A stretch of 64,000 nt of DNA from Verrucomicrobiota bacterium (GCA_027624625.1 JAQBWH010000002.1:24271-88270); one strand, 5' to 3'; counted from the first letter of the stretch, positions 40,570-49,431 are shown. Made by a program: numbers and translations. Notes: a model not told the origin generated them from the sequence alone.

Positions 40570-42015
40570 ATGCATCTTATCCTGCTCCTTGCGATTTTGC
40601 TGGCGGCTCACGCGCAAGCCGCGCCATCCGCGGCAACCACCACGGTCGACGAGGAGAAGCGGGCCAACCCGATTTTCATCCGCAACCCTGAAGACATCAC
40701 TTCGGGTGACATCCTCGCCGGCACGGCTGGCACAATCAGCGGCGAGCGGCGTCCCCTGCGTGAGCGCATGGGCGGGGCCTTGGAAGATTGGTGGAATGGA
40801 CCGCACATGCTCGGTGGCGACGGCAACCGTTTCGGGCCAAACCGCCGTCAGTGGCTCAAGGACCACGGGCTTTCCTTCGATGGCAATTACCAGGGCGCTT
40901 ATTTCGGCGTGGTCTCCAGCCAGAGCGGCTCGCGCGGATTCTGGGACGGGCAGCTGAATTTTTCCGGCCAATTCAATTTGGGTGATGCCTTCGACAATGA
41001 GCAACTGCGCGGTGTCCAGATGTTCGGGGCGACCCGTTACCGCAGCAATTGGGAGGAATCCAATCCGAACAACTCCGTCCTTGCCCAAAGCATGTTCAAT
41101 CCTTCGAACTGGCAATCCGGCACCCAGTTGCGCCTGCTCAACTTCGGCCTCCTTCTCGACAGCGCGAAAAACCTCCCTGTCGAGCACATGCTCACCCTCA
41201 AACTCGGATGGCTCCAACCCCAGCGCGAATTTGCCGACCAGCCGCTGAGCAAATTATTCCTCAACAATGCGGTGAACAGCGCCAAAGGCCTCGGGGGCAA
41301 TATCCCCTTCTCCTCGAGTGAATCCACCTGGGGCGGCACGCTCACCGTGCGTCCGCAGGATGACTTCTACCTGCGCAATGCGCTCTTCATGTCCTTTCCC
41401 AACCCCACTTCCTCGCAAAACCACGGGCTTATGTTCCAAGGCTCCCTCAACCCCGCGCAGAACGGACTTTGGTATATGGGCGAAGGCGGATGGACTCCGT
41501 CTTTCGGGCCGGAAAGCCTGCCCGGCAAATACGCTTTCGGCGGATTTTACTATGGCACGCCGGCCGGGCAGGCGACTTGGGGCGGGTCGACCGCTTCCGG
41601 TCAATATGGTTTTTACGCGCAGGCCGACCAAATGCTTTACCGGGAAGCCTCGACTGGTTCGGCGGCCGACCTCACGCCGCAAGGCTTGAACACCTTCAAT
41701 CTTTTTTTCTTTACCACGAGCGAGACAAAAGCGGACGTCTATCCTTTCTACTTCCAGAGCGGATTGGTCTATACCGGTCTCCTCCCGCGCCGCGACCTCG
41801 ACCTGGCCATGATCTCGCTCGGCTGCGGCGTCTACAGCCAGGCCTCTGGCGCACCTTCCCGCACCCAAACTGCGGTGTTGGAAGGAGCCTACCGCTGGCA
41901 GGTCAACGGCTGGTTCTATGCCCAGCCGTTTTTTCAATACTTCTCCCGTCCCAACGGCACCTCCTCCGTGGACAATGCCGGCATCCTCGGGATCACCGTC
42001 GGCACGGTCTTTTGA
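40570..42015 (+). CDS. OprB-like (carbohydrate-selective) porin
   Basis: Signal peptide, beta-strand pattern, GFYAQADQMLYRE, LEGAYRWQV, QPFFQY, terminal F. Confidence 0.78.
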   Translation: MHLILLLAILLAAHAQAAPSAATTTVDEEKRANPIFIRNPEDITSGDILAGTAGTISGERRPLRERMGGALEDWWNGPHMLGGDGNRFGPNRRQWLKDHGLSFDGNYQGAYFGVVSSQSGSRGFWDGQLNFSGQFNLGDAFDNEQLRGVQMFGATRYRSNWEESNPNNSVLAQSMFNPSNWQSGTQLRLLNFGLLLDSAKNLPVEHMLTLKLGWLQPQREFADQPLSKLFLNNAVNSAKGLGGNIPFSSSESTWGGTLTVRPQDDFYLRNALFMSFPNPTSSQNHGLMFQGSLNPAQNGLWYMGEGGWTPSFGPESLPGKYAFGGFYYGTPAGQATWGGSTASGQYGFYAQADQMLYREASTGSAADLTPQGLNTFNLFFFTTSETKADVYPFYFQSGLVYTGLLPRRDLDLAMISLGCGVYSQASGAPSRTQTAVLEGAYRWQVNGWFYAQPFFQYFSRPNGTSSVDNAGILGITVGTVF

Positions 42016-42063
42016 CCTTTTGCCCGCGAACCGCCCCGACGGGCACGAGATGGACGAAGCTAA

Positions 42064-42258
42064 CCTGCGCTCGGGCCGCGGGCCGACTTTCGCCTCGACG
42101 GACTTGTCCTGCCCGCCTCCGCCATGGGTACCCGGAGCATGAAACTCCAGTCGTCAGACAACCTCGGCAGCTGGACTGATGTCGCCGTGGTGCCGGACGT
42201 GCAGATCAATCTGAATGGACCGAAAAAGTTCTTCCGCTTCCAGGCTGTGGCACCGTGA
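42064..42258 (+). pseudogene. Orphan 3' remnant of a surface-protein gene (C-terminal tail only)
   Basis: Frame reads ADFRLDGLVLPASAMGTRSMKLQSSDNLGSWTDV...KKFFRFQAVAP*, with a stop at 42061-63 upstream and no signal peptide. Confidence 0.55.
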
Positions 42259-42277
42259 AGATCTTGAGTTCTTTACC

Positions 42278-42310
42278 AAAAGGCGCCCCGGCAACGGGGC
42301 GCCTTTTTTG
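42278..42310 (+). terminator. Rho-independent terminator
   Basis: aaaaggcgccccg-GCAA-cggggcgcctttt followed by ttg; potentially bidirectional. Confidence 0.88.
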
Positions 42311-42359
42311 CTTTGGTTCGACCGGGATATCTCCTCGTGGCTATGACACTCTTTCCCGA

Positions 42360-42524
42360 TCAGCGCGAAGCAAGATAAATGGCTAGGGCAAGAAATACGG
42401 CGAAGGCGAGCAGTCCGATGCCGGCCGCCATCCAGCGTCTGCGGGGAAATGGATCGAGGGACGAGCAGGACGGACAATAGCCGCGCACGGCCCCGCGTGA
42501 ACCGCAACGTTGACATCGTGCCAT
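42360..42524 (-). CDS. 54-aa zinc-ribbon plus single-TM protein
   Basis: MARCQRC...CPSC followed by a hydrophobic C-terminal helix. Confidence 0.55.
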   Translation of the reverse strand: MARCQRCGSRGAVRGYCPSCSSLDPFPRRRWMAAGIGLLAFAVFLALAIYLASR

Positions 42525-42570
42525 GGTCAGAGCGGTAACCGCCCACCGTGGCCAAGGCAATCCCGGAAAT

Positions 42571-42587
42571 GTAACAAATAGTTCACT
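42571..42587 (+). promoter_or_regulatory. Candidate Pho box (distal, sigma factor promoter)
   Basis: GTAACA-aatag-TTCACT. Confidence 0.45.
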
Positions 42588-42638
42588 ATCAGCAACTTGA
42601 GATTGCAAACGCAAGGCCGGAAATTGGCCGGCCGGGGT

Positions 42639-42655
42639 GTGGCGAAATTTTCACA
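42639..42655 (+). promoter_or_regulatory. Candidate Pho box (proximal, sigma factor promoter)
   Basis: GTGGCG-aaatt-TTCACA followed by attccccctttg. Confidence 0.55.
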
Positions 42656-42708
42656 ATTCCCCCTTTGCCATCGGGGTGTCCCGGCGGTTCCCCTTGGGTC
42701 TGCCCGCC

Positions 42709-43596
42709 ATGCTCCCCAGCTACTTTCACGAAATCAGCCTCGTTCCGCTTTTGAGCTTGGAGGAAGAAACGGCGTTGGCGGAACGGGTGCAAGCGGGGTG
42801 CGAGGCGGCCCGGCACCGCATGATTGTGGCCAACTTGCGTCTTGTCGTGAAAATCGCCGGTGAATTCGTCCATCGGGGGGTGCCGCTCGACGACCTTATT
42901 TCCGAAGGCAACCTCGGGCTGATCCGGGCGGTGGAAAAATTCCGCCCTCAAAAAGGCGGCAAATTCAGTTCCTATGCCGCGTGGTGGATTCGCCAGGCCA
43001 TCCACCGCGCGCTCGGTGAGCAAAATCATGCCGTCCGGCTGAGCCCGCTCGCCATGAGCAAACTGTCCAAGCTCCGTCGCATCGCGCACAGCATGTCGGA
43101 CGCCCTCGGCCGCGAACCAACCGACGAGGAGTTGTCCGATGAACTCGGACTGGAGGCCGTCACGGTGACCAACCTCAAGAACGTGGCGGCCCGCCCGGCC
43201 TCGATGGACTCTTTGCTTTCCGGAGAGGTCGGGGCCACGCTGGGAAGTCTGCTCGTCGACGAACAAGCCGAGGACCCTCTAGAGGCGCTGAGCGGCAAAG
43301 ATCTGAGGGACAAAGCAGGGGAATTGCTCACCGTGCTGAAAAGCAGGGAGCGGGCGGTGGTCGTCCGCCGTTTCGGTTTGGACGGACACCAACCCATGAC
43401 CCTCGAGCTGATCGGCGCGGAACTCGGCTGCACCCGGGAAAGGGCGAGGCAAATTCTGCAGGACGCCCTCAAGCGGATGCGGCGCACTTTTTCCCGACAC
43501 CAGTCGCGGCAGTTCCTGCAAGTGGTGGCGGCCAACCCTCTCCGGTCACCCGGCGCAGCCACCATCTTGCTTCCTCCCGCCCGCTGTGCGGCCTAG
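42709..43596 (+). CDS. Group 2 (RpoD/RpoS-like) sigma-70 factor lacking region 1.1
   Basis: ANLRLVVKIA, DLISEGNLGLIRAVEKF, KFSSYAAWWIRQAI, TRERARQI. Confidence 0.92.
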   Translation: MLPSYFHEISLVPLLSLEEETALAERVQAGCEAARHRMIVANLRLVVKIAGEFVHRGVPLDDLISEGNLGLIRAVEKFRPQKGGKFSSYAAWWIRQAIHRALGEQNHAVRLSPLAMSKLSKLRRIAHSMSDALGREPTDEELSDELGLEAVTVTNLKNVAARPASMDSLLSGEVGATLGSLLVDEQAEDPLEALSGKDLRDKAGELLTVLKSRERAVVVRRFGLDGHQPMTLELIGAELGCTRERARQILQDALKRMRRTFSRHQSRQFLQVVAANPLRSPGAATILLPPARCAA

Positions 43597-43712
43597 GCGT
43601 CCCGCGCTGAGTGCTTGGCAGAGCCCGAGAGGGGATGCTGGCGGGCCGTATGGCCGGACAAACCCTCCACCGGCCGGTTTACCGTCGGGTGTAACTGGGG
43701 TAGTTTTGCCAG

Positions 43713-44120
43713 GTGGTGTTCAACAGGCGTCTTCGTTTGGTCGGCTACGCGGCCGCTGCGGTCGCCATGTTTCTCATGGCCGGTGGCCATTGGGGCGCCC
43801 TGCAAACCGTGGCGTGGTCCGGGATGCTGTGGACGTATTCGCAGGAAGACGGATCATGGCTCTCCGGCATGAAGAAGACGTTCGATGGCGAGCATCCTTG
43901 CACGATGTGCACCTCGATCAAGACAGGGCAGGAAAATGAACGCACCTTGCCGGCGGCCATCGCGTCGCTGAAAAAGCTGGAAGCCTTTCCCGCCCCTTTG
44001 CGCGCCGCTCTGCCACCTCGCGACTGCCGCGACTTTGTTTTCCCCGCGGCGGGTGCTGTGCGGCCCGCGGCGCGTTCCGACGCGCCGCCCGTGCCGGTGC
44101 CCATTTCGGATCTCGTTTAA
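43713..44120 (+). CDS. Small membrane protein with HPCxMC motif (DUF2946-like, putative metal-binding)
   Basis: Hydrophobic N-terminus, LQTVAWSGM, TFDGEHPCTMC, Pro-rich tail. Confidence 0.6.
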   Translation: MVFNRRLRLVGYAAAAVAMFLMAGGHWGALQTVAWSGMLWTYSQEDGSWLSGMKKTFDGEHPCTMCTSIKTGQENERTLPAAIASLKKLEAFPAPLRAALPPRDCRDFVFPAAGAVRPAARSDAPPVPVPISDLV

Positions 44121-44233
44121 GATCCGCCGCGCGGAGTGTTTCCGCGTTGCTTTTCCGAACGGCCTTCCGGCCGGTTCGCGCCACTTCACCCGCACCGCGC
44201 GTGCGCCCCACATGGCGCGAAAGAAATCAACCA

Positions 44234-45058
44234 ATGCACAGCAACAAAATGAAATCTCTAAATTATCTTGTCCTTACTCTGGTCGCGGCATGTGTCGCAC
44301 CTTCGGGCCTGCAGGCCCATATCAGTTACGCCGGCCGCGACATCGGCACGGATCCCCTGTCGGTGACGGTCAGCAACCAAGCAGCGAGCAGCGCCTTCGG
44401 CTGGGCCGACGCCACCGACGCCGATTGGGGCGACAGCCATCGCGGACGCTTCTTCCGCTTCACCCTGACCACCCCGGCTTCGATCATGATCAGCGTGACG
44501 CGCGGGGGTTCTGCCTCACAAACCGGAGCAGTAGGTGCCTTTCTCCCGGGCTTTTCCCTTTATTCGGGTTTGGCACAGGGCTCGCCTGAGGCGCTGGCGC
44601 ACGATTCGTCGGCGCTTTCCGTGGCTTCGCGTCCCGGCGATAAGCGGGGTTCCTTCCGAGCGCTGGACAATTGGTCGATCGGTAACGATCCGACGTATGT
44701 AACGGCGGGCGATGCGACCAGCGGCATCCTCATCGAGGCGCGCTTGGCTTACTTCACCTACATCGGCAACGCGGCGGATGGAACGAGCGCCAACTATGGC
44801 AATGCCGCAGGAATCAATGGCGATGGAGTGGCTGATGGCAGTGTCACCGCGACGTTCAACAACCTCGCGGCAGGCGACTACTCGTTCTTTGTCGGTGGCG
44901 CGAACTATGACGCCCGACTCGCCGAGACTGGTCCGACTTATCCGACATACGCCTTCACCACGACGGTGCAGACCGTGCCCGAGCCTTCCACGTGGGGGCT
45001 GCTGGCCTTGGGTGGTGCGACGCTGGGAGTCGCTCTGCGGAAACAACTACGCCGATGA
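44234..45058 (+). CDS. PEP-CTERM surface protein
   Basis: Signal peptide; mature protein begins HISY; TVPEPSTWGLLALGGATLGVALRKQLRR. Confidence 0.88.
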   Translation: MHSNKMKSLNYLVLTLVAACVAPSGLQAHISYAGRDIGTDPLSVTVSNQAASSAFGWADATDADWGDSHRGRFFRFTLTTPASIMISVTRGGSASQTGAVGAFLPGFSLYSGLAQGSPEALAHDSSALSVASRPGDKRGSFRALDNWSIGNDPTYVTAGDATSGILIEARLAYFTYIGNAADGTSANYGNAAGINGDGVADGSVTATFNNLAAGDYSFFVGGANYDARLAETGPTYPTYAFTTTVQTVPEPSTWGLLALGGATLGVALRKQLRR

Positions 45059-45666
45059 AAAAATTAGCCCCGGCCTTCACCTTGGTCGAGTTGCTCGTGG
45101 TCATCGCCCTTCTGGCGGTGCTCGCTTCGCTGGCCTATGCAGGGGCCGGGGTCGTGATCGGCAAGGGCCAGGCGGCCAAATGCCTCTCGAACATGCGCCA
45201 GATCGGCGCGGCCATGCAGATGTTTGCCAACGATCACGATGGTCGCTTGCCCGGAACCGCCCACGGCGTGTCGTGGACCAATTCCTTGGGTGCTTACCTT
45301 GGCCCGAAATTCATCGGCAGATGTCCGGCGGTTCCGAACCACCGTGCGCGCGTGAGCTATGGTTGGAACGACAGTTTGGCCGACTCGCGGGGGCAGGGGA
45401 TCCGCTTGGTTGCGGTGCGCGCACCCGGCGCCACTATGGCTGCGGCGGAAATCGCGACCAACCAAAGCAGCGAGCATTTTCACTTTGCCGGCGGCCGTCA
45501 CGGGGCGAGCCGGGTCACCCCCAACCAGTTCCAGACAGCAGTCAATGTGCAGGTGCACAATGGCAGCGCGAATTATCTTTTTGTCGACGGACACGTGGAG
45601 AATCTCCCGTGGAATGAAGTGCAAGGACGGCTGTGTCAGCCTGGAGCAAACTTTCTCGTGCCATGA
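45055..45666 (+). CDS. Prepilin-type N-terminal cleavage/methylation protein with H-X9-DG motif
   Basis: AFTLVELLVVIALLAVLA; VHNGSANYLFVDGHVE. Confidence 0.9.
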   Translation: MKKLAPAFTLVELLVVIALLAVLASLAYAGAGVVIGKGQAAKCLSNMRQIGAAMQMFANDHDGRLPGTAHGVSWTNSLGAYLGPKFIGRCPAVPNHRARVSYGWNDSLADSRGQGIRLVAVRAPGATMAAAEIATNQSSEHFHFAGGRHGASRVTPNQFQTAVNVQVHNGSANYLFVDGHVENLPWNEVQGRLCQPGANFLVP

Positions 45667-46409
45667 AAAATATTTTCTTCATGCTCATGGTGTCCTCTTG
45701 CCTGCTCCACGCCCACGACCACATCGAGGTGGGCTTGGTTCCTGGCGAGGAGTCCTTCCTGGCCTTGGATGGTCCTGATTTCCAGTTGGCGCTTTACGTC
45801 CCTCCGGGTGAGCCGTTCAGCGGTTATCTGTCGCAGTTTCCCGGCGGCTGGCACGCCTGCGAACTGACCTTTACCACGGAATTAAATGCCCTGGAGCCTG
45901 CCGAGCAGGCCGATCCGCGGATCGAAATGGTTTCGGTCAGCGGGCCGCCGGGAGGATCATTTGCCTTTTGGGAGGTTGGTGCCCTCGAGCCGACGATCTT
46001 GCTGCCGGTCGGCTGGGCGGAGTCGGATGCTTCGTTCCCGGTCGTCTTTGCCGGCGACACGCACGCGCACGGACGGTGCTTCACCATGGACAAACCCGGA
46101 ATCTACACGGTCACTTTTCGTGCTGTCGACAGTGCGGATCTATTCGAACCGAGCGCAAATAAGACAATCACCTTCAACGCCCTGCCGGCCCCGAAATTGT
46201 CTATCAGTGCGGCGGGCGGGAGTGTGTCACTTTCATTTACCAGTCGCGCGAACCTCAATTACGACCTGCAAGTGTGCACGGACCTTGCCTCCGGTGGCTG
46301 GGTCAATGTCGAGCCGCACGTTTCCATCAACGGGGACGGCCGCCGGATCGAAGTGAACGATCCTGTGGCAGCGCGCCCAAAGGCCTTTTACCGTCTGGTC
46401 GAATACTGA
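45663..46409 (+). CDS. Secreted His-motif protein (choice-of-anchor M-like) with C-terminal sorting-type tail
   Basis: AHDHIEVG; HAHGRCFTMDKPGIYTVTFRA; YDLQVCTDL..W...KAFYRL. Confidence 0.65.
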   Translation: MKNIFFMLMVSSCLLHAHDHIEVGLVPGEESFLALDGPDFQLALYVPPGEPFSGYLSQFPGGWHACELTFTTELNALEPAEQADPRIEMVSVSGPPGGSFAFWEVGALEPTILLPVGWAESDASFPVVFAGDTHAHGRCFTMDKPGIYTVTFRAVDSADLFEPSANKTITFNALPAPKLSISAAGGSVSLSFTSRANLNYDLQVCTDLASGGWVNVEPHVSINGDGRRIEVNDPVAARPKAFYRLVEY

Positions 46410-46438
46410 AGCCTTCGCGGGGAGGACCCCATTGGCGG

Positions 46439-47146
46439 TCAGTCGTCCTCGTCGGCCCGGAAGAGATAGCCTTCCCCGTGCACGGTCTGGAGGCGGGCTT
46501 GGTGCGGCTTGAGCTTGGCCCGCAACCGGCGGACGTGCGTGTCCACGGTGCGGCTGCTGCTCATGTTGCGGTAGCCCCAGACGTCATGGAGCAGAGTTTC
46601 CCGGGTCAGCACCTGTCCGCGCTTTTCCATCAGGGCCACGAGGAGTCGGAATTCGAGTGCTGTCAGGTCGAGCTTGCGTCCGCCCAAGCGCACTTCGAAA
46701 GTTGCCCGGTCGAGAGCAAAGGGCCCGACCTGGAGCTGCTCGCCGGAATTGGAGGTGCGGGATTTTTGGATAAGCAAGCGGAGCCGCAGGACGAGTTCTC
46801 GCGGGCTGAAAGGTTTGGTCAGGTAATCGTCGGCACCCAACTCGAGACCGGCCACCCGGTCCTCGGGGCGGGCTTTGGCCGTGAGCATAATGACCGGAAT
46901 CCGGGCTGTGATCTCGCGCGCGCGCAATTGACGGCAAACATCTTCACCTCGCATCTCCGGGATCATCAGGTCGAGCACGACGGCCGAGGGCAATTTTTCG
47001 CGCGCCAATTTCAGGCCTGCCATCCCGTCCGATGCTTCAATCACGACAAAACCTTCTTTGCGCAAATGCAACCGGATCAGGTCGAGAACGTCGGGCTCGT
47101 CCTCGATGATCAGAACAACGTCTTTTGGGGGCGATTTGGCGGGCAT
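46439..47146 (-). CDS. Orphan PhoB/OmpR-family response regulator
   Basis: IIEDE, VVLDLMIP, IMLTAK, DDYLTKPFSPREL, SRTVDTHVRRLRAKL. Confidence 0.92.
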   Translation of the reverse strand: MPAKSPPKDVVLIIEDEPDVLDLIRLHLRKEGFVVIEASDGMAGLKLAREKLPSAVVLDLMIPEMRGEDVCRQLRAREITARIPVIMLTAKARPEDRVAGLELGADDYLTKPFSPRELVLRLRLLIQKSRTSNSGEQLQVGPFALDRATFEVRLGGRKLDLTALEFRLLVALMEKRGQVLTRETLLHDVWGYRNMSSSRTVDTHVRRLRAKLKPHQARLQTVHGEGYLFRADEDD

Positions 47147-47223
47147 GCGTCGTTTGGCGCTCGGTAGCTTCCTCGCAGAGGAAAGGCCTAACAGCGGGAT
47201 CGCCGCCCGGCCAATCAATATCT

Positions 47224-47240
47224 GTGACGAAATTGTTACA
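47224..47240 (+). promoter_or_regulatory. Candidate Pho box
   Basis: GTGACG-aaatt-GTTACA between the divergent response regulator and metallophosphoesterase genes. Confidence 0.65.
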
Positions 47241-47288
47241 CCTTTGGCGCTTTACCCGAGGCAACGGTGATGGGATGGATTTTACCGA

Positions 47289-48047
47289 ATGATGACCCAT
47301 CGCGCGGGCTGGATTTCCGATGTGCATCTCGGCACCAGAGGTTGCCAAGCCGAGGCCTTGCTTGAATTTCTCCGCGACCACGAATTCGAGACATTGTATT
47401 TAGTGGGAGACTTGATCGATATCTGGTCCTTGCGCCGGCGCCGTTACTGGCCGCAGGCCCACAGCGACGTGGTGCAAAAACTCCTGCGCAAGTCACGCAA
47501 GGGCACCCGGCTGATTTACATTCCGGGTAACCACGACGAATTTGTCGCGGAATTTCCCGGTGATTTCGGCAATATCGAAATCATGCCGCGCGCCGTGCAC
47601 CGGACGTGGGACGGACGCAAAATTCTCATTATCCACGGGCATGAGTTGGATACCGTGGTGCAGAACATGGGGTGGCTGGCGCACGCCGGCGGGCTTGGTT
47701 ACGAACTACTGCTGCAGGCGAACCATCCGGTGCATTGGGTGCGCCACCGGCTCGGCCTCGCGCCGTGGTCGCTGAGCGCCTACATCAAATCACGGGTCAA
47801 AAATGCGGTGAATTTTATCAGCGACTTCGAGGAAGCGATGGCCCGCTACGCGCGGGATGCCGGCGCCAGCGCGGTCCTCTGCGGGCACATCCATATGCCG
47901 TCCGTGCGTAGAATCGGAGAGCTCAGCTATTACAATTGCGGCGATTGGGTCGAGCATTGCACCGCTCTGGTCGAGAACCGTGACGGAAAGATCGAACTGC
48001 TGCGCCTGCGCGATTCCGCGGCGGCCGTCGCCGCGACTTCGCTGTAA
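47289..48047 (+). CDS. LpxH-like metallophosphoesterase, PlcP-type phospholipase C candidate
   Basis: SDVHLGTRGCQA, VGDLID, WPQAHSDVVQKLL, PGNHD, GHIH, NCGDWVE. Confidence 0.8.
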   Translation: MMTHRAGWISDVHLGTRGCQAEALLEFLRDHEFETLYLVGDLIDIWSLRRRRYWPQAHSDVVQKLLRKSRKGTRLIYIPGNHDEFVAEFPGDFGNIEIMPRAVHRTWDGRKILIIHGHELDTVVQNMGWLAHAGGLGYELLLQANHPVHWVRHRLGLAPWSLSAYIKSRVKNAVNFISDFEEAMARYARDAGASAVLCGHIHMPSVRRIGELSYYNCGDWVEHCTALVENRDGKIELLRLRDSAAAVAATSL

Positions 48048-48074
48048 GGCCGGTGGGGTGCGGTCCGCCGCGGC

Positions 48075-48533
48075 TCAGCAGCAGCCCGACCCTGGCGTGC
48101 CGCAACCCGCCGCCGCGCCCGGGACCGGGAGGCAAATTTCCTTGGCCAGGCAGTCTGTGTGCTTGGTTCCGAGGTGCAGGACCACGGCGTCACCGGCACT
48201 GACCGAGAGGAGGGGGAACTGCGAGATGATGCCGTCCTCGAACTCGATTTCCACCGGAAGACCAGCCAACCCGAGCGGTTCGAGGGCGCGGCTGATGATG
48301 GCCTTGAGCTTGCCGGCGGACAGACGGTGATCCGTGTCGTCCGCTACCCAGGCCTGCAAGCAGCAGAAGGAAGTGCGGCGCATGGCCCCGCCGCAGTCGA
48401 GAAACTCGCGGTCGATGCGGCCGACCTCGGTGATGTGCGCGTGGTCGGGGATGCGCCCGCCATCGGGCAAAACAAAGGACACGGGTTTTTCGCCGAAAGC
48501 GGCGAGCAGGGCGTTGAGTTCGGCAGTATTCAT
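48075..48533 (-). CDS. DUF6428-like protein of ars clusters
   Basis: HITEVG, FLDCGG, TKHTDCLAKEIC, Cys-rich C-terminus ending GCC. Confidence 0.72.
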   Translation of the reverse strand: MNTAELNALLAAFGEKPVSFVLPDGGRIPDHAHITEVGRIDREFLDCGGAMRRTSFCCLQAWVADDTDHRLSAGKLKAIISRALEPLGLAGLPVEIEFEDGIISQFPLLSVSAGDAVVLHLGTKHTDCLAKEICLPVPGAAAGCGTPGSGCC

Positions 48534-48979
48534 GGAAGAGCAGGTAGGGTTTGGGGCATGGTCAGGAGCCAGCAACGCAACCGTTCACTGATCTCGTCGC
48601 GGACCCGCCGGAAGACGGCAAGTCGGTCCGCTTCGGATCCGGTCGCCGCCGACGGGTCGTCAAAAGGCCAGTGCAGGACCTCGCCGAGGGCCGGGTAAAT
48701 GCGAGGACATTCGTTGCTCGCTCGGGCGCAAACGATGATGGCATACCGCACGGGCACATGACCGAGGATGCCCTCGAGGCCTTTTGAGGTGTGGCCGGAA
48801 AGGTCGATGCCGCACTCCCGCATGGCCTCCACCGCGAGCGGGTGCGGTTGACTTGGTTCGGTTCCCGCGCTGAAGACTTCGAACCGGTCGCCGGCCAGGT
48901 GGCGCAACCAACCCTCCGCCATCTGGCTGCGGGCCGAGTTGTGCGTGCAGAGGAAAAGAACGCAGGGTTTGCGGGTCAT
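48530..48979 (-). CDS. arsC: Arsenate reductase (LMWP fold)
   Basis: [32 protein letters not shown]. Confidence 0.88.
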   Translation of the reverse strand: MTRKPCVLFLCTHNSARSQMAEGWLRHLAGDRFEVFSAGTEPSQPHPLAVEAMRECGIDLSGHTSKGLEGILGHVPVRYAIIVCARASNECPRIYPALGEVLHWPFDDPSAATGSEADRLAVFRRVRDEISERLRCWLLTMPQTLPALP

Positions 48980-49431
48980 CGGGGTGGTGGCGCGTTGGTT
49001 TTGTCGCGGCGTCCCGCCGCATAGGCTCCGAAAACACGGCGGAGTTCGTCGCGCACACGGCGGAATTGCGCGGCGATTTCTTCCGCGGTGCCGGTGGCGT
49101 GCGCCGGATCATCGAAGGGCCAGTGATGCCGGTTCACCTGGCCGGGAAAAACCGGACAAGCCTGGTCCGCATTCCCGCACACCGTGATGACCGTCTCCAC
49201 TTCACGGTCGAGAAATTCATCCATATGCTTCGAGGTGTGGGCGGAAATATCGATGCCGATTTCGGCGAGGGCCGCGATGGCTTGAGGATGGACATAGCCG
49301 GCCGGGTTGGATCCCGCACTACACACTTCGAGGAGGTCGCCGGCCGTGGCGCGAAGGATGCCCTCGGCCATGTGGCTACGGCAGGAGTTGCCCGTGCAAA
49401 GGATGAGGACACGCGGCTTCTCGGGCATCAT
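48976..49431 (-). CDS. arsC: Arsenate reductase (LMWP fold)
   Basis: [30 protein letters not shown]. Confidence 0.92.
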   Translation of the reverse strand: MMPEKPRVLILCTGNSCRSHMAEGILRATAGDLLEVCSAGSNPAGYVHPQAIAALAEIGIDISAHTSKHMDEFLDREVETVITVCGNADQACPVFPGQVNRHHWPFDDPAHATGTAEEIAAQFRRVRDELRRVFGAYAAGRRDKTNAPPPR

